A stretch of 64,000 nt of DNA, from the IMG/VR virus record IMGVR_UViG_3300011113_000649, positions 41,554 to 105,553 of that record; one strand, written 5' to 3'. Shown piece by piece: positions 1-10,622 of this stretch. The notes beneath the pieces were generated by a model. It had not been told where the DNA came from. It did not search any database and saw nothing but the letters and a program-made list of their open reading frames with translations. Each line of letters opens with the position of its first letter. Position 1 is the first letter of the stretch. Made by a program: the position numbers and the translations under genes. Source of the DNA: a virus.

Positions 1-1030
1 TTTTAATTTGTTCGGCTGCTTTTTTACCTGCTTCATCATTATCTGTTAAAACTATTAAAGTCATCGCACCAGAAGAGTCTAATAAAATTTTTTGTCTGTC
101 ACTAAGCGATGAACCAAAAATAGCTACACTATTGTGAATACCATTTTCTTCTAGTCTCCACACATTTCCCGGACTCTCAACAATGATTGCTATTCCGGTG
201 TCATATATATGATCTTTAGCAAACCAGAAATTGTAAAGATAGTTTTGACTTTTAAAGTCGGCACTATGCTTCCATTTTGGATATCCCCATTTTTTATCAT
301 CAGATGGACACAAATTAGATGTGTCGTGATAAGATGAGCACTTTGTACATTTTTCAAAAATGCTGCGACCGGTACATCCTACCATATATTCATAATTACT
401 ATCATAAATAGGAACAACCACTCTTTGATACATTGGCTTAGACGGGTTGGCACACAGTCCTACATCATATCTCTGTAGTGTACTATCTTTATAGTTTCTA
501 TCTATATAATATTGCGCTGGAATATTTATAGCTTTTATTATTTGATTTCTAGTAATTCTACTGTCAGACTTTTCTGCTTTAGCGTTTATATAGTTGATAA
601 TATTAGTAAAATTATTTTTCTCTTTTTCTGTTTTAGATATTTTGATACTACTTAGATCTTTATTTAAAAAAGCTTGAACATACTCTAGGGCTTCATTAAA
701 GGAACAACTAGCATCTCCTGGTTCAGACCAATGATATTTTTGATGAGATATGATACCTCTTACAAAACCAATAATTGAAGACTTGAATTCTTGCTCACAA
801 TTATGTGTGCGACACTTCCAATTGCCCCTATACCTGTCTCCGTCTGGATATATATTGAGCGCCGATGGATTATCTCCACCGTGTATGGGGCAACTCATTG
901 AAATCATCTTGGAATTATTTTTAAACTCTAATCCAAATGTATCTAATAGAGTTTCTATATTATCACACAAATCATCGCATAAAACTTTGAGTTTTGATTG
1001 ATCAATTGAAGGGTATTTCTTCTTCATCAT
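1..1030 (-). CDS. dnaG: DnaG-type DNA primase (C-terminus runs off the window)
   Basis: Not in ORF track. Manual translation from ATG 1030 (MMKKKYPSIDQ) gives a Zn finger (CPIHGGD..WKCRTHNC) and TOPRIM motifs (IIVESPGNV, LTDNDEAG); adjacent to DnaB. Confidence 0.9.
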   Translation of the reverse strand, partial: MMKKKYPSIDQSKLKVLCDDLCDNIETLLDTFGLEFKNNSKMISMSCPIHGGDNPSALNIYPDGDRYRGNWKCRTHNCEQEFKSSIIGFVRGIISHQKYHWSEPGDASCSFNEALEYVQAFLNKDLSSIKISKTEKEKNNFTNIINYINAKAEKSDSRITRNQIIKAINIPAQYYIDRNYKDSTLQRYDVGLCANPSKPMYQRVVVPIYDSNYEYMVGCTGRSIFEKCTKCSSYHDTSNLCPSDDKKWGYPKWKHSADFKSQNYLYNFWFAKDHIYDTGIAIIVESPGNVWRLEENGIHNSVAIFGSSLSDRQKILLDSSGAMTLIVLTDNDEAGKKAAEQIK

Positions 1031-2468
1031 AGTCTGCTTGTTCATCTACAACAAATCCTTCGTCTTCGTTTTTAGTGTTGTTTAATAATTCTAATCTTGT
1101 TTTGCCTTCTGTAATTTTGGCACACCAACCCTTCATATGACAATTAATATAATCATTATCATCAAGTCCACCGCCGTGACGGCTCACTAATGGTAGTAGT
1201 TTTCTGTTTCCGTTTGTTGGTCCATCTTCAGCTATTTCTTCATCGCTTTTGCGTTTAAAAATACTAAAATTACTACACAGCCAAATAATTCTATCAGAAC
1301 CACTAGCAGTATCTGTACTTTCTTTCGTAATACCATCCCGGTTCAACTGTATAAATGCAACAATCGGTATTTGATATCTTACAGCAAAATTATGTAAACT
1401 GGTCATCATAAACCCTAAGACCTGATACTCTTTTAGATCTTGATTCATTCCTTGACTATCCATAAGTTTCAAATAATCATAGAAAATCACACATTGTTTA
1501 GCTGTTCCATCGTCATTTAATCCAACTTCTTTTAAGATCCATCTACGCATAATTGCTAATTGTTCTTCAAATGGCTTGCCGGCGATACTCTTATAGAAGA
1601 GTCTAGTAGATTTAAGTTCTTCAGCTGCTTTTAATATTTTAGTTTTAGTATCAGCAGATTCTGCAAATCTTCCTGTTTCTATAGCATTAATTTCTACTTC
1701 TGTCATCATACCAAGAACTCTATTAATATGGTCTACTGTATTCATTTCTGTATCCATATTTAAAACAGGAATATTATGTTTATGTGCTATATGAAAACCT
1801 ATATTATCAGACAACAAGGTTTTGCCTGTTTTTGGTCTAGCCGCAATAACGTTTACAGTTCCTTTTCTTAATCCTCCGCCGATTGCCTGATCATAAACCG
1901 GAAAACCGGTAGGTATTCCTATTTGATCGACTTTGTTTTCTTCAAGACTTTTAATGTACTGATCAATATCTTTACCGATACTTATCGGATTATTGTCTGT
2001 ATCATTTAGCAAAGAAGAAAAATTAAAAACGGCGTCCTCCGCAACACCTAATATAGATGCTATCGGCTCATTACCATTAACTTCTAATAGTTTATCTCCA
2101 GCCTGTTCAAGCTGTTTTCTTAACAGCCTAGCTATTTCTAACTTGCGTATTTTAGCAGCAAATTTGCGAACATTTTCTAGACTAACAGGAAAATCTATAA
2201 TAGCTTTAAGGTGTTGTGCTTCTTCTTTTTTGGTAAAAATATTAGAAACACCAATGTCTTGGGCGGCAGAGTATATAGAAGCCACATCAATTGATGGCTT
2301 TTGTTCGTTTTCGCACAGGTATTTTAAGCATTGATATATAATGCTATTGCTGTCAATAGTAAACGATGACGCTTGAACTATATCTGCAACATCTAAATAC
2401 GCATCTTCTCCATACCTGCAAATACCCGCCAATACCGCTCTTTCAGATGCTGGATCACACAATATCAT
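1002..2468 (-). CDS. dnaB: replicative DNA helicase, DnaB family
   Basis: SERAVLAG N-terminus, GIPTGF, Walker A AARPKTGKT, DYLKLM, QLNR. Confidence 0.95.
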   Translation of the reverse strand: MILCDPASERAVLAGICRYGEDAYLDVADIVQASSFTIDSNSIIYQCLKYLCENEQKPSIDVASIYSAAQDIGVSNIFTKKEEAQHLKAIIDFPVSLENVRKFAAKIRKLEIARLLRKQLEQAGDKLLEVNGNEPIASILGVAEDAVFNFSSLLNDTDNNPISIGKDIDQYIKSLEENKVDQIGIPTGFPVYDQAIGGGLRKGTVNVIAARPKTGKTLLSDNIGFHIAHKHNIPVLNMDTEMNTVDHINRVLGMMTEVEINAIETGRFAESADTKTKILKAAEELKSTRLFYKSIAGKPFEEQLAIMRRWILKEVGLNDDGTAKQCVIFYDYLKLMDSQGMNQDLKEYQVLGFMMTSLHNFAVRYQIPIVAFIQLNRDGITKESTDTASGSDRIIWLCSNFSIFKRKSDEEIAEDGPTNGNRKLLPLVSRHGGGLDDNDYINCHMKGWCAKITEGKTRLELLNNTKNEDEGFVVDEQADYDEEEIPFN

Positions 2469-2472
2469 TTTT

Positions 2473-2832
2473 TCACCCTGCTGAAGTTGAACACTTATTG
2501 CACTTATATCTTTCTACCGATTCTATCAAAGATGGATTAGTTTGTTCTTCTTTTCCACATACTCTGCATTTAACCTTCGCTGGTTTGTAATTTCGAGATC
2601 TTTGCGTTGGGGGTAGTTTTCTTAGTTTCTTGTCTATCTCAACATCGTCTTTATGCATACCTGATTCGGACATTGTATCAAACTTATTTTTAGTTTTTTT
2701 GGCTTTATTTTTCTTAGTATTGGTATTTTGGGCTGGTTTAGATGATTGCTCTTCTACAGAGTCGCTATCGTCCGACAACCCTCTTTGCAAAATAGCTATT
2801 AGTTGTTTAATATCGTCTTGATCAAGACCCAT
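2473..2832 (-). CDS. hypothetical Zn-ribbon protein
   Basis: C-terminal CRVC..CNKC; in-operon spacing. Confidence 0.6.
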   Translation of the reverse strand: MGLDQDDIKQLIAILQRGLSDDSDSVEEQSSKPAQNTNTKKNKAKKTKNKFDTMSESGMHKDDVEIDKKLRKLPPTQRSRNYKPAKVKCRVCGKEEQTNPSLIESVERYKCNKCSTSAG

Positions 2833-3310
2833 TTTTCACCTTATTTCTTTGTATTGATAATAAAATATCTGATAAATTTTTGATACCATTGGCTAAATAC
2901 GAAAGCCTATCTGATCTTTGTTTAGCAAATTTTTTAATATTATTTAATGCTTGTGCTCTATCGTTATGTTTGATAGCCTGCCCACTTTTTTCTAGATATC
3001 CATACCCTTTATAATTATTGATTTCATCAGAAATAGTTTCCTTAATAGTCTCATCTGCCCAATTGTATCTAGCCAACTCTCTATTAATAGTGCGTTGAAT
3101 ATGAAATGAAAATTGGCCAAGACGATATGATATTTGAGCACAGTCTTCCGGATTAAGTTTTTCTAAAGTGTCTCTATTCATTGTCAAGTATTCGTTCAGT
3201 TCGCTTTCTTGCAACAGATCATTCTTATATGTCGGTAGACCTACAGACTGTTCATATTCATCAAGAATATCATCCCAGTATTTTATCTCTTCCTTGGTAG
3301 ATTTATGCAT
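2822..3310 (-). CDS. helical protein, possibly UvsY-like recombination mediator
   Basis: Coiled-coil character and position between recA and dnaB; function inferred from context only. Confidence 0.4.
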   Translation of the reverse strand: MHKSTKEEIKYWDDILDEYEQSVGLPTYKNDLLQESELNEYLTMNRDTLEKLNPEDCAQISYRLGQFSFHIQRTINRELARYNWADETIKETISDEINNYKGYGYLEKSGQAIKHNDRAQALNNIKKFAKQRSDRLSYLANGIKNLSDILLSIQRNKVKNGS

Positions 3311-3710
3311 TGTTTAATTTCTCTTCCCATTGTGATTCATTTTCATAGTGAGGTAAAACAATATATTTGATGTCGTTTATATCACACCACTCTTCTTTTT
3401 CTCTGTCTCTTTTTTGAGATTTTAAGAAGGCCAACATATTATTATGATAGAATCCAACAAAGTTATAGTGCTGTTCTCCATGTACTTCTACACATAGCCT
3501 TTTAAGAGGTAAATAAAAATCCAAATATAATGTTTCACTGCGTCTAAGCGGAATCGGCACTTCTTCTAAAATTTGTAAAGTCGGAAAATGATTGGTAATT
3601 AATTCTCTGGCTTTTAAATGAAAACTAGAACGATTATTGATTTTACCATGTGCCATGTTCCCTGTCAACTGCCAACTATGAGCTATGCCATCTAAATCTT
3701 TTACTTGCAT
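3303..3710 (-). CDS. DUF559/Vsr-like PD-(D/E)XK endonuclease
   Basis: LDFYLP..VEVHGEQHY..DREKEEWC motif. Confidence 0.75.
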   Translation of the reverse strand: MQVKDLDGIAHSWQLTGNMAHGKINNRSSFHLKARELITNHFPTLQILEEVPIPLRRSETLYLDFYLPLKRLCVEVHGEQHYNFVGFYHNNMLAFLKSQKRDREKEEWCDINDIKYIVLPHYENESQWEEKLNNA

Positions 3711-4717
3711 TTAATTCCCATTGTCTCTTTTAGAGATGACACCAAACCTTCATATGCTTTAGCATTTTCTAACAAGAAATTTCTAACTTTTTCTGTGCCT
3801 TGAAACTTAGGTTTATCTTCAATAGTAGTCAGAGTATACCACGCTCCACCCTTGTGTATCAAACCCATATCTGAAGCTAAGCATATAGCTTCCATATATT
3901 TATCGATACCTTGTCCGTATCTTATATAACTAGTAATTTGACCACCAGGAGGTCCAAGAGCAGAACACGCCACTTGCCACTCAATCTCTTGTCCTATTTG
4001 ACTACTATCGGCACTTAATACCCAAGGCTTGAAAGTTTTTGCTCGAATTTTAATATCTGTTTGATATGCTATCGCCTGACCGCTTTTCTCTTTAAATTCA
4101 GCACCATAACCTGTTGGATTACCCATTAAATGAGTAATACCAATTACAATGTTTTTATTCACAGGTATAACATTCGCAACTTTACGACAAAATTTAGCTA
4201 AAAGTTTTGCACCATCTGCTCTTTGCATTTTATCCATTTCGCTAGTAATTTCTGCTTCTGTACATAGCGCAGAATATGAGTCTATTATAACTATAGACCC
4301 AGGTATTTCATTAATAATTTTCTCTGCTATTTGGAGATATTCTTCGGCGTGTAATATCTTACCCTGTTGACTCCCTATGACATGGAATCTAGATAAGTCT
4401 AAACCCGGTATTCCTTCTAGGTCTCTTTTTTTGAGTCTGCCTTCTATATTTAGATAGTATACTTCCCTAGGTGTTTTTAAATCACCATTATATTCTGGTC
4501 TCTGTGCCGTAGCGGCAAAATCTAAAGAGGTTGTGGTTTTACCACATTTGGGTTGTCCTGTAAATACAACAAAACTTCCTTCTGGTATTCCACCATTAAG
4601 AACTATATCTAAAGAAGGACTAACGGGTATAATTACTAATTTCTTATCAACAACCGCATTGCCACTTAGAATAATATCTTCGCCAAATATTTTAGTTACG
4701 TCTTCTTTAACACTCAT
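3701..4717 (-). CDS. recA: RecA/UvsX recombinase
   Basis: LDIVLNGGIP, Walker A GQPKCGKTT, IIDSYSAL, KGGAWY. Confidence 0.92.
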   Translation of the reverse strand: MSVKEDVTKIFGEDIILSGNAVVDKKLVIIPVSPSLDIVLNGGIPEGSFVVFTGQPKCGKTTTSLDFAATAQRPEYNGDLKTPREVYYLNIEGRLKKRDLEGIPGLDLSRFHVIGSQQGKILHAEEYLQIAEKIINEIPGSIVIIDSYSALCTEAEITSEMDKMQRADGAKLLAKFCRKVANVIPVNKNIVIGITHLMGNPTGYGAEFKEKSGQAIAYQTDIKIRAKTFKPWVLSADSSQIGQEIEWQVACSALGPPGGQITSYIRYGQGIDKYMEAICLASDMGLIHKGGAWYTLTTIEDKPKFQGTEKVRNFLLENAKAYEGLVSSLKETMGIKCK

Positions 4718-5135
4718 TATCTATATCCTTTAATTTAGAAAATATGTTCTTGGTATTTTTACTATTGATAGGGCCAAACTTTACGCTTTCCACCCTATTC
4801 AAATTGAGAGTTAGATTTGTATTTTCTGCATCTAGTTTTTTCTGTTCTGTTTCTATCATAGGAACAAGATGTGGTGCTCGCAGAGAATAAATTTTTGCGG
4901 CTTTTGGATCTTTTAATGCTCTTACAATAGCAATATCGTTGTACTTTTTAACTAGTTTATACGCAGACGATATTTGATTTTTATAATAAGATGCCCATTC
5001 TTTATTAAGCCAGAACCTATAATGCAAGTCTAGCTTATCTTTTTTCGCCTTATTCTCACAAATTAGTTCGGTTATATATTGTGCCGCACTAACTTCTTTG
5101 TCGTTAGAATATTTCGATATGTATTTTTTAGCCAT
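4707..5135 (-). CDS. hypothetical protein
   Basis: ORF overlapping neighbours in the replication operon. Confidence 0.6.
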   Translation of the reverse strand: MAKKYISKYSNDKEVSAAQYITELICENKAKKDKLDLHYRFWLNKEWASYYKNQISSAYKLVKKYNDIAIVRALKDPKAAKIYSLRAPHLVPMIETEQKKLDAENTNLTLNLNRVESVKFGPINSKNTKNIFSKLKDIDNEC

Positions 5136-5460
5136 TGGGTCTAAAGATAGCGTTTTTGCTTGTTCTAGAAGTTGCTGATCTAAAATTTTTAACTAGTTCG
5201 TCATTAAGTTGAGAAGCGCCTTCTGTCATAACGCTAACATTATTAGTTTTTTTAGCAGCGGTGTGTCTGGTCATTAGGTTTTGACTTTTGCTAATTTTGC
5301 GAGGTTTGTCTTGTTTAGGTTCATCGAGTATACCATCCACGATAGCTTCTGCAATACCTAGTTCTAAAGCGATATCTTTGGATTTAAGCTTTAGTGTGTC
5401 ATGCAAATATTTTACTGCATATTCAGTTTGTTTGTTTCTGGTTTTATTGTTTTTAGTCAT
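5128..5460 (-). CDS. basic protein with possible HTH
   Basis: KSKDIALELGIAEAIVDGIL resembles a helix-turn-helix. Confidence 0.45.
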   Translation of the reverse strand: MTKNNKTRNKQTEYAVKYLHDTLKLKSKDIALELGIAEAIVDGILDEPKQDKPRKISKSQNLMTRHTAAKKTNNVSVMTEGASQLNDELVKNFRSATSRTSKNAIFRPNG

Positions 5461-5855
5461 TATGCCATCTCTCTTTCTGCATTATTGAGCCATGCTATGT
5501 TTTTTGTTGACAAAAAGTTTAAATATAAATCAAAAATTTTAGGGTTTACTTCTTTGAATTCAAATTCTTTACGGCCAATTTTAGCTATAAACTTTTGACT
5601 TTTACCTTCGCTAAACAAACCCATTGGATTAAAAATTTTGCCATATGTACCAACTTTAATATATAATTTATGTATACCATTTTTGTTAATAGACTTAGCA
5701 ACAACATTTTTTGATTCTTCTTTAGCTTGTGGTCTATTATTAGAGTCTATAAAATCGTGATCTCCTAAAATCGTGAAGTACTGAATATCTGACTCATTAG
5801 CTACTTTGGTTTTACTATTTTGATTGGGCGTAAAAATACAATTTTCTGTTTTCAT
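5460..5855 (-). CDS. hypothetical protein
   Basis: ORF coupled to neighbours. Confidence 0.6.
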   Translation of the reverse strand: MKTENCIFTPNQNSKTKVANESDIQYFTILGDHDFIDSNNRPQAKEESKNVVAKSINKNGIHKLYIKVGTYGKIFNPMGLFSEGKSQKFIAKIGRKEFEFKEVNPKIFDLYLNFLSTKNIAWLNNAEREMA

Positions 5856-6235
5856 TTTTTTCGGCTCCGTTTATTTTTAATATTATTTGTTCCAGGCCAC
5901 AATGTTTTTTGTGATTTCTTTAGTCTGCTCATACCAGATGGCAATGGCTTAGCTTCTTCTTTATTATCTCTATAGTCATTATGTTTTTGATAAAGCTCTA
6001 TTTTTTGATCTTCGCTCATGCGTTCTGTATTTCTTAAGGCCAAATCCCCTATAGTTTTTAGTTCGCTATTAGACTTTTTAACAGATGCTGACTGGGTTAA
6101 TACGTCGTTTACATAAAGTCTATTGGAGCGTTTATTACATTGAGGACATTTAGCGTGAGGATCATAGTCTTTGATATAAAAGAAAAGCTCAAATACTTGA
6201 TCGCATTTATCGCAGTTATATGTGTAGTTAGGCAT
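5852..6235 (-). CDS. FmdB-family Zn-ribbon protein
   Basis: MPNYTYNCDKCDQVFE..CPQC matches MPxYxYxCxxC..CPxC. Confidence 0.8.
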   Translation of the reverse strand: MPNYTYNCDKCDQVFELFFYIKDYDPHAKCPQCNKRSNRLYVNDVLTQSASVKKSNSELKTIGDLALRNTERMSEDQKIELYQKHNDYRDNKEEAKPLPSGMSRLKKSQKTLWPGTNNIKNKRSRKK

Positions 6236-6812
6236 AGTATGCTTCTGGCAAATAAGTTTTCCATTCCTTGGGGATATCTGTTTTTATTTTATGAAGATGG
6301 TGGCTAATAGGCAAGTATTTTTGGCTTTTAGTGGGTTTTATAGGAATATTTATTAGCGGCATATTTGCTTGTTTGGGTGTTTTGTTTCCTTTTTTCCTAT
6401 TACATGGAACACAAGCTGTTACTATATTTGTCCAACAAGTTGGAGAAGCTTGACTATGTGACCAAACAGATTTTGGAATAACATGATCATACGTCAAATA
6501 ACCAGCTTCATACTGATTTCCACAATATTGACAGGTATAATTATCTCTTAAAAAGATATTTTTACGAGAAAATATTAGCGTTTGATTAGTTTGTCTGAAA
6601 AATCTTTTAGTCCTAGCCACCGCGGGTATAGGGTATTTTTTATTATTGACCCCATTAATATGGTCGTTTTTAAAAAAATCAATAATATCAATACCGTATC
6701 GAGGATTATCCTCATACTTCATGTGCCAGACAACCGCTTTTTTCCAATGAATTATAGATAACGGAGTAAAATCTGCATTAAGCAATAAGCACTTACTATT
6801 TTGTTGTCTCAT
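6228..6812 (-). CDS. HNH endonuclease (McrA-like)
   Basis: RDNYTCQYCG, TYDHVIPKS, WTNIVTACVPCNRKKG. Confidence 0.9.
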   Translation of the reverse strand: MRQQNSKCLLLNADFTPLSIIHWKKAVVWHMKYEDNPRYGIDIIDFFKNDHINGVNNKKYPIPAVARTKRFFRQTNQTLIFSRKNIFLRDNYTCQYCGNQYEAGYLTYDHVIPKSVWSHSQASPTCWTNIVTACVPCNRKKGNKTPKQANMPLINIPIKPTKSQKYLPISHHLHKIKTDIPKEWKTYLPEAYYA

Positions 6813-7518
6813 TTTCTACAGTTTCTAGTCTAGCTAAAATTTTGCCAATAATAGGATTACGAATAATATCAGCATTATTCAATTGAGACACACCGATACC
6901 TTCTATGTCTTGTAAGTTAGATATTAATTGTAAAAATCCACCCCTGAGATATCTTTGCAAATCCGATTGGCTTATATCTCCAGTTAATACCATTTTACTC
7001 TCATTGCCAATACGAGTCAATAACATTTTTAATTGATCGTACGAAGCATTTTGACACTCATCAGCGACAATAAAACAATTATGAAAGTTACGACCTCTCA
7101 TCAATCCAAGAGGTACAATTTCTATTTTGTTTTGTGTTTTTAAACTAACATATTGACTTATTGGTATAAAGTGTACAATTTCATCTAAAATAGGTAAAAG
7201 ATATGGGTGAAGTTTTTCTTCTGCTGTTCCAGGCAAAAATCCTAATTTTTCACCAGATTCTACAACGGGTCTTGTGATAACTATTTTATTAACTTTATTT
7301 TCTAGTAAATACTCAATTGCCATACCAACAGCAATATGTGTTTTACCACTACCAGCAACACCCTGGCAAAAGGTTATAGTATTTTCTGCAATTGTTCTTA
7401 CAAATTCATGCTGATTAATAGTTTTTGGTTTAAGTCTATTTTTATAAGCAAAGCCAGAACTATTTTGTACTAATGAATTTGTAGCATCTATAGTCTTTTT
7501 CTTTTTTTGTTTTCTCAA
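6796..7518 (-). CDS. phoH: PhoH-family ATPase
   Basis: GVAGSGKT, LGFLPG, MRGRNF, DECQN, GDISQSDL. Confidence 0.95.
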   Translation of the reverse strand: MRKQKKKKTIDATNSLVQNSSGFAYKNRLKPKTINQHEFVRTIAENTITFCQGVAGSGKTHIAVGMAIEYLLENKVNKIVITRPVVESGEKLGFLPGTAEEKLHPYLLPILDEIVHFIPISQYVSLKTQNKIEIVPLGLMRGRNFHNCFIVADECQNASYDQLKMLLTRIGNESKMVLTGDISQSDLQRYLRGGFLQLISNLQDIEGIGVSQLNNADIIRNPIIGKILARLETVENETTK

Positions 7519-7540
7519 GTTATACCTTTCGAAATATGGG

Positions 7541-9733
7541 TTAAATTAGACATGCGCCGCCAGCACAACTAACCTCTTCTATTCCGGCAGTATTATCCTC
7601 TGTTTCTACTAGTTGTGTATAATCAACCTTTTTAAAACTACTAAAAAGATCACAATAGAGTTTCCAGTTATAAACATCTTTCATACAATATGTCAAACGT
7701 CTTATATCTCCACCAAAATATTTACCAGCAAAGTTTTTCATTTTCGTGACAAATAAAAGTTTTTCTTTAGGGTCTTGTTCTTTAGCCTGATTCATACTGA
7801 CATAATCACAAGCAGCCCATAGATTATTATTAAAGGCGTTTAAGCCTAGCTCTATTAATCCAGAGCACCATAACGCAGCGTCACCATACTCTTTGACTAT
7901 TTCTCTGCTTGTGTAAACAGTAGTAAAGGGAGCCTGTGGATAGTCTTTGTCTCCACTTTGGGGGATTAAACTAATACCAGCAAAATATTTACGATTATTA
8001 TAAATATATTTGGTTACCTCGCCCCACTCGTCTGGCTTAACAGTTACAGTATTGCTAACATTATGGCTAAGATATTCTTTTGTGCATAATGACTTATTTT
8101 TACCAGAATTCACCCAATTCTTTTGTGTTTCTTTAACTACGGCCAACATATCTACTGCTGGTAATTGATTTTTAAGTTTAGCTCCGTCTGGAACCTCAAT
8201 AGGAAATTTAATAACCTCGTCAGTATTATTGGCTGACCATGAAGATTTTTCACAGGCTTGTGGGTTATAATTCTTAAAGTGTTGGAATGGTGCTTCTAAA
8301 ATATTGGCCTGTACATGCCTTATATATCGCTTAGCATGATGAGGATGAATACCAGAAGACGTACCAAGCATACTACTACTAGTGCCTTCTGGCTTTAAAC
8401 AGGTTACTCTAGCGGCTTGATTTATGTCGATTTTATCCGCTATAATTTTATTTGTTTCGACCGCAATCTTAGCGCCTTGTTTTAAAACCTTTTCGGACAA
8501 TACCAGATCGTGTTTTTCCATGATACCAGTTAGAGAAACACCTAATAAAGCTTCTCTTTGGAATATCTTGCAGCTTATTTCGCCTAAGTAATCTAATTTA
8601 GTAAAGCCAGCTTGTAATGTTCCAATAATTGCTGCTGCTTTACATCTTTCATAAAAGTCTTCTTCGTCTGTGACACTAGAGCAATTGATCGTAGAAAGAT
8701 TACATCCCTGCCATCCACTTTCTCCAGTTGTTTCATCAACGGGCCACATGCCAATTTCTACACATGGATTAAAAATCATTTCTGTAGATTCGCTCCAAAT
8801 AAATCCTGGTTCTCCAAACTCTTTAACGCTTTCCATCAGCGTTTCAAATTCTTCAAGCGTGGTTTCGTTTTTAAGCAATAAGGCCGAGTTGTTACTTCTT
8901 GCTCTTTGGGGATTGTCTATATACCAATTACCAGTTTTAGCTTTTGCCATTTCTTCATCGTTTGCACTAAATAATGCTAAACTAGCAGATCTCCTTACTC
9001 CACCACTTAACACAGCGTCACTACTATGCATAACAATATCATAAGCATCAATTGGTCTAAGCTTTTTTTGTCCATTAGCAATACAACGATCTAATAGCGT
9101 TCTGACTTTTTCTAGTCCTTTGGCCAATGGTTCAAATCCAGGCGCTTTACCAACACCAGAACTTAGGTCGGATCCTTGTGGCCTAATATTACTATAATCA
9201 AATAGTATATGACAATTTTTATATTGTTTAAATTCTTCAACAGGTTTGCTAAAATATGAACTTAGTAAAACACCCAAAGCATCAGCCCAACCCTCGATAC
9301 TATCTTCTATAAGATAGACAGTGCCTTGATCTTTAGGCGGATTGTGTTCAAGTGTTGGTAGTTTAGCAACATGGTGTTTTTGTACGCTAAAACCAGTACC
9401 ACTGCCACAAAGCAATAGCCAAAAACATTCCTGAAAAAATCTTAATCTATCACAATAAGAACTTGTGCAGTTGTATATCTTGGCATGTCTTTTTAGAATG
9501 GGGTCGCCACCAAACTGTAGCCCTCTTTGACTCCCCAAAATCTTTTTTTTGTACATAATGTCATATGCCCAATCAATCTCGTCTGAGATATTTTTGTCGG
9601 CATACATTGTATGCATCATGTTTTTAACTCTTTCAACGGCCTCTTTCCATGTCTCTCTTCTTTTTTTATCTTCTAGCCAACGAGCATATTTACTAACAAA
9701 TGTATAATTTTGCAATTCTTGAAGAGCGGACAT
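7541..9733 (-). CDS. nrdJ: class II (B12-dependent) ribonucleotide reductase
   Basis: SKYARW..RETW, YNC, GGVRRSA, NPCVEI, KPEGT, C-terminal CAGGAC. Confidence 0.9.
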   Translation of the reverse strand: MSALQELQNYTFVSKYARWLEDKKRRETWKEAVERVKNMMHTMYADKNISDEIDWAYDIMYKKKILGSQRGLQFGGDPILKRHAKIYNCTSSYCDRLRFFQECFWLLLCGSGTGFSVQKHHVAKLPTLEHNPPKDQGTVYLIEDSIEGWADALGVLLSSYFSKPVEEFKQYKNCHILFDYSNIRPQGSDLSSGVGKAPGFEPLAKGLEKVRTLLDRCIANGQKKLRPIDAYDIVMHSSDAVLSGGVRRSASLALFSANDEEMAKAKTGNWYIDNPQRARSNNSALLLKNETTLEEFETLMESVKEFGEPGFIWSESTEMIFNPCVEIGMWPVDETTGESGWQGCNLSTINCSSVTDEEDFYERCKAAAIIGTLQAGFTKLDYLGEISCKIFQREALLGVSLTGIMEKHDLVLSEKVLKQGAKIAVETNKIIADKIDINQAARVTCLKPEGTSSSMLGTSSGIHPHHAKRYIRHVQANILEAPFQHFKNYNPQACEKSSWSANNTDEVIKFPIEVPDGAKLKNQLPAVDMLAVVKETQKNWVNSGKNKSLCTKEYLSHNVSNTVTVKPDEWGEVTKYIYNNRKYFAGISLIPQSGDKDYPQAPFTTVYTSREIVKEYGDAALWCSGLIELGLNAFNNNLWAACDYVSMNQAKEQDPKEKLLFVTKMKNFAGKYFGGDIRRLTYCMKDVYNWKLYCDLFSSFKKVDYTQLVETEDNTAGIEEVSCAGGACLI

Positions 9734-9734
9734 A

Positions 9735-9869
9735 CTATCTCCTATTAATTAGTGTTAAAAGACCTAATATTACCAATCCTTTAAAAGATTTTTCTATCAT
9801 TAGAGTATCAGAGGTAATATTGAAATATAAATAAAAAAATAACATTATAAAAAAACAAATCTTATACAT
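9735..9869 (-). CDS. small membrane protein (44 aa)
   Basis: Manual ORF MYKICFFIMLFFYLYF..GLVILGLLTLINRR filling the gap. Confidence 0.4.
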   Translation of the reverse strand: MYKICFFIMLFFYLYFNITSDTLMIEKSFKGLVILGLLTLINRR

Positions 9870-10339
9870 CATATTACACCACACAAATGTTTCAGCCACG
9901 AAAGATTTGGTTCTATATATATAATATTAATGCCACTCATTTGTACAAAAGTTGTAAATCTTTTTTCAGCATCAGCATCAAATAAATGTGTACCATGATC
10001 TTTTGTCATGACTATAGTACGAATACCTTCTTGCCACAAAGCCATAACACAATCATTACAACATTGTCCTGTAACATACGCGATACCATTTTCTGGTCGT
10101 ATAATACAATTAGATAATGCATTACGTTCAGCATGAATCATCCAAGAATATTTTTCCGGTCGTGTTTTGGGCAATAGACCATCGTCTAAGCCTCGAGCAA
10201 ATCCATTATATCCTATTCCTAGTATACGGTGATTATTGTCAGTAATCACGCACCCATGCTGAGTTTGTAGGTCATGACTACGTTGAGAAACAACTTTAGC
10301 CAAGCCTAAAAAATAATCTATCCAGTTTGGTCGTTCCAT
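9869..10339 (-). CDS. dCMP deaminase
   Basis: RPNWIDYF, GYNG, IHAERNAL, CCNDC. Confidence 0.9.
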   Translation of the reverse strand: MERPNWIDYFLGLAKVVSQRSHDLQTQHGCVITDNNHRILGIGYNGFARGLDDGLLPKTRPEKYSWMIHAERNALSNCIIRPENGIAYVTGQCCNDCVMALWQEGIRTIVMTKDHGTHLFDADAEKRFTTFVQMSGINIIYIEPNLSWLKHLCGVI

Positions 10340-10346
10340 AATAAAT

Positions 10347-10374
10347 ATTATAGCACGACGAGTCGTTTGGTCAA
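10347..10374 (-). promoter_or_regulatory. sigma70-like promoter
   Basis: TTGACC-16 nt-TATAAT upstream of dCMP deaminase. Confidence 0.7.
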
Positions 10375-10622
10375 GATGTCTTTGTAAGCTTATTATAGAG
10401 AATTAGTGTTAAAACGCCGCCAGCAATACCCATAAAAATACCAGATGGACTTAGGCTGTTATATGTTCCTAAAAGATATAAAACAGCACCACCCATGTAT
10501 GAGCCAGCAACACCAACCGCTACGGTTTGAAAAAAACCCATACGCTCTTCACCAGGAACGAGAGATTTCGCAATACTGCCTACGAACAAACCATATACAC
10601 ACCAGACTAATAAATTAAACAT
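10371..10622 (-). CDS. GlsB/YeaQ/YmgE-family membrane protein
   Basis: GLFVGSIAKSLVPG..GVAGSYMGG pattern, three hydrophobic segments. Confidence 0.85.
   Translation of the reverse strand: MFNLLVWCVYGLFVGSIAKSLVPGEERMGFFQTVAVGVAGSYMGGAVLYLLGTYNSLSPSGIFMGIAGGVLTLILYNKLTKTS

Noticed and set aside
1002-9733. Inteins or introns in DnaB, RecA or NrdJ
   Set aside because: Lengths are normal, motifs are contiguous, and no C..HN/C signature was seen.
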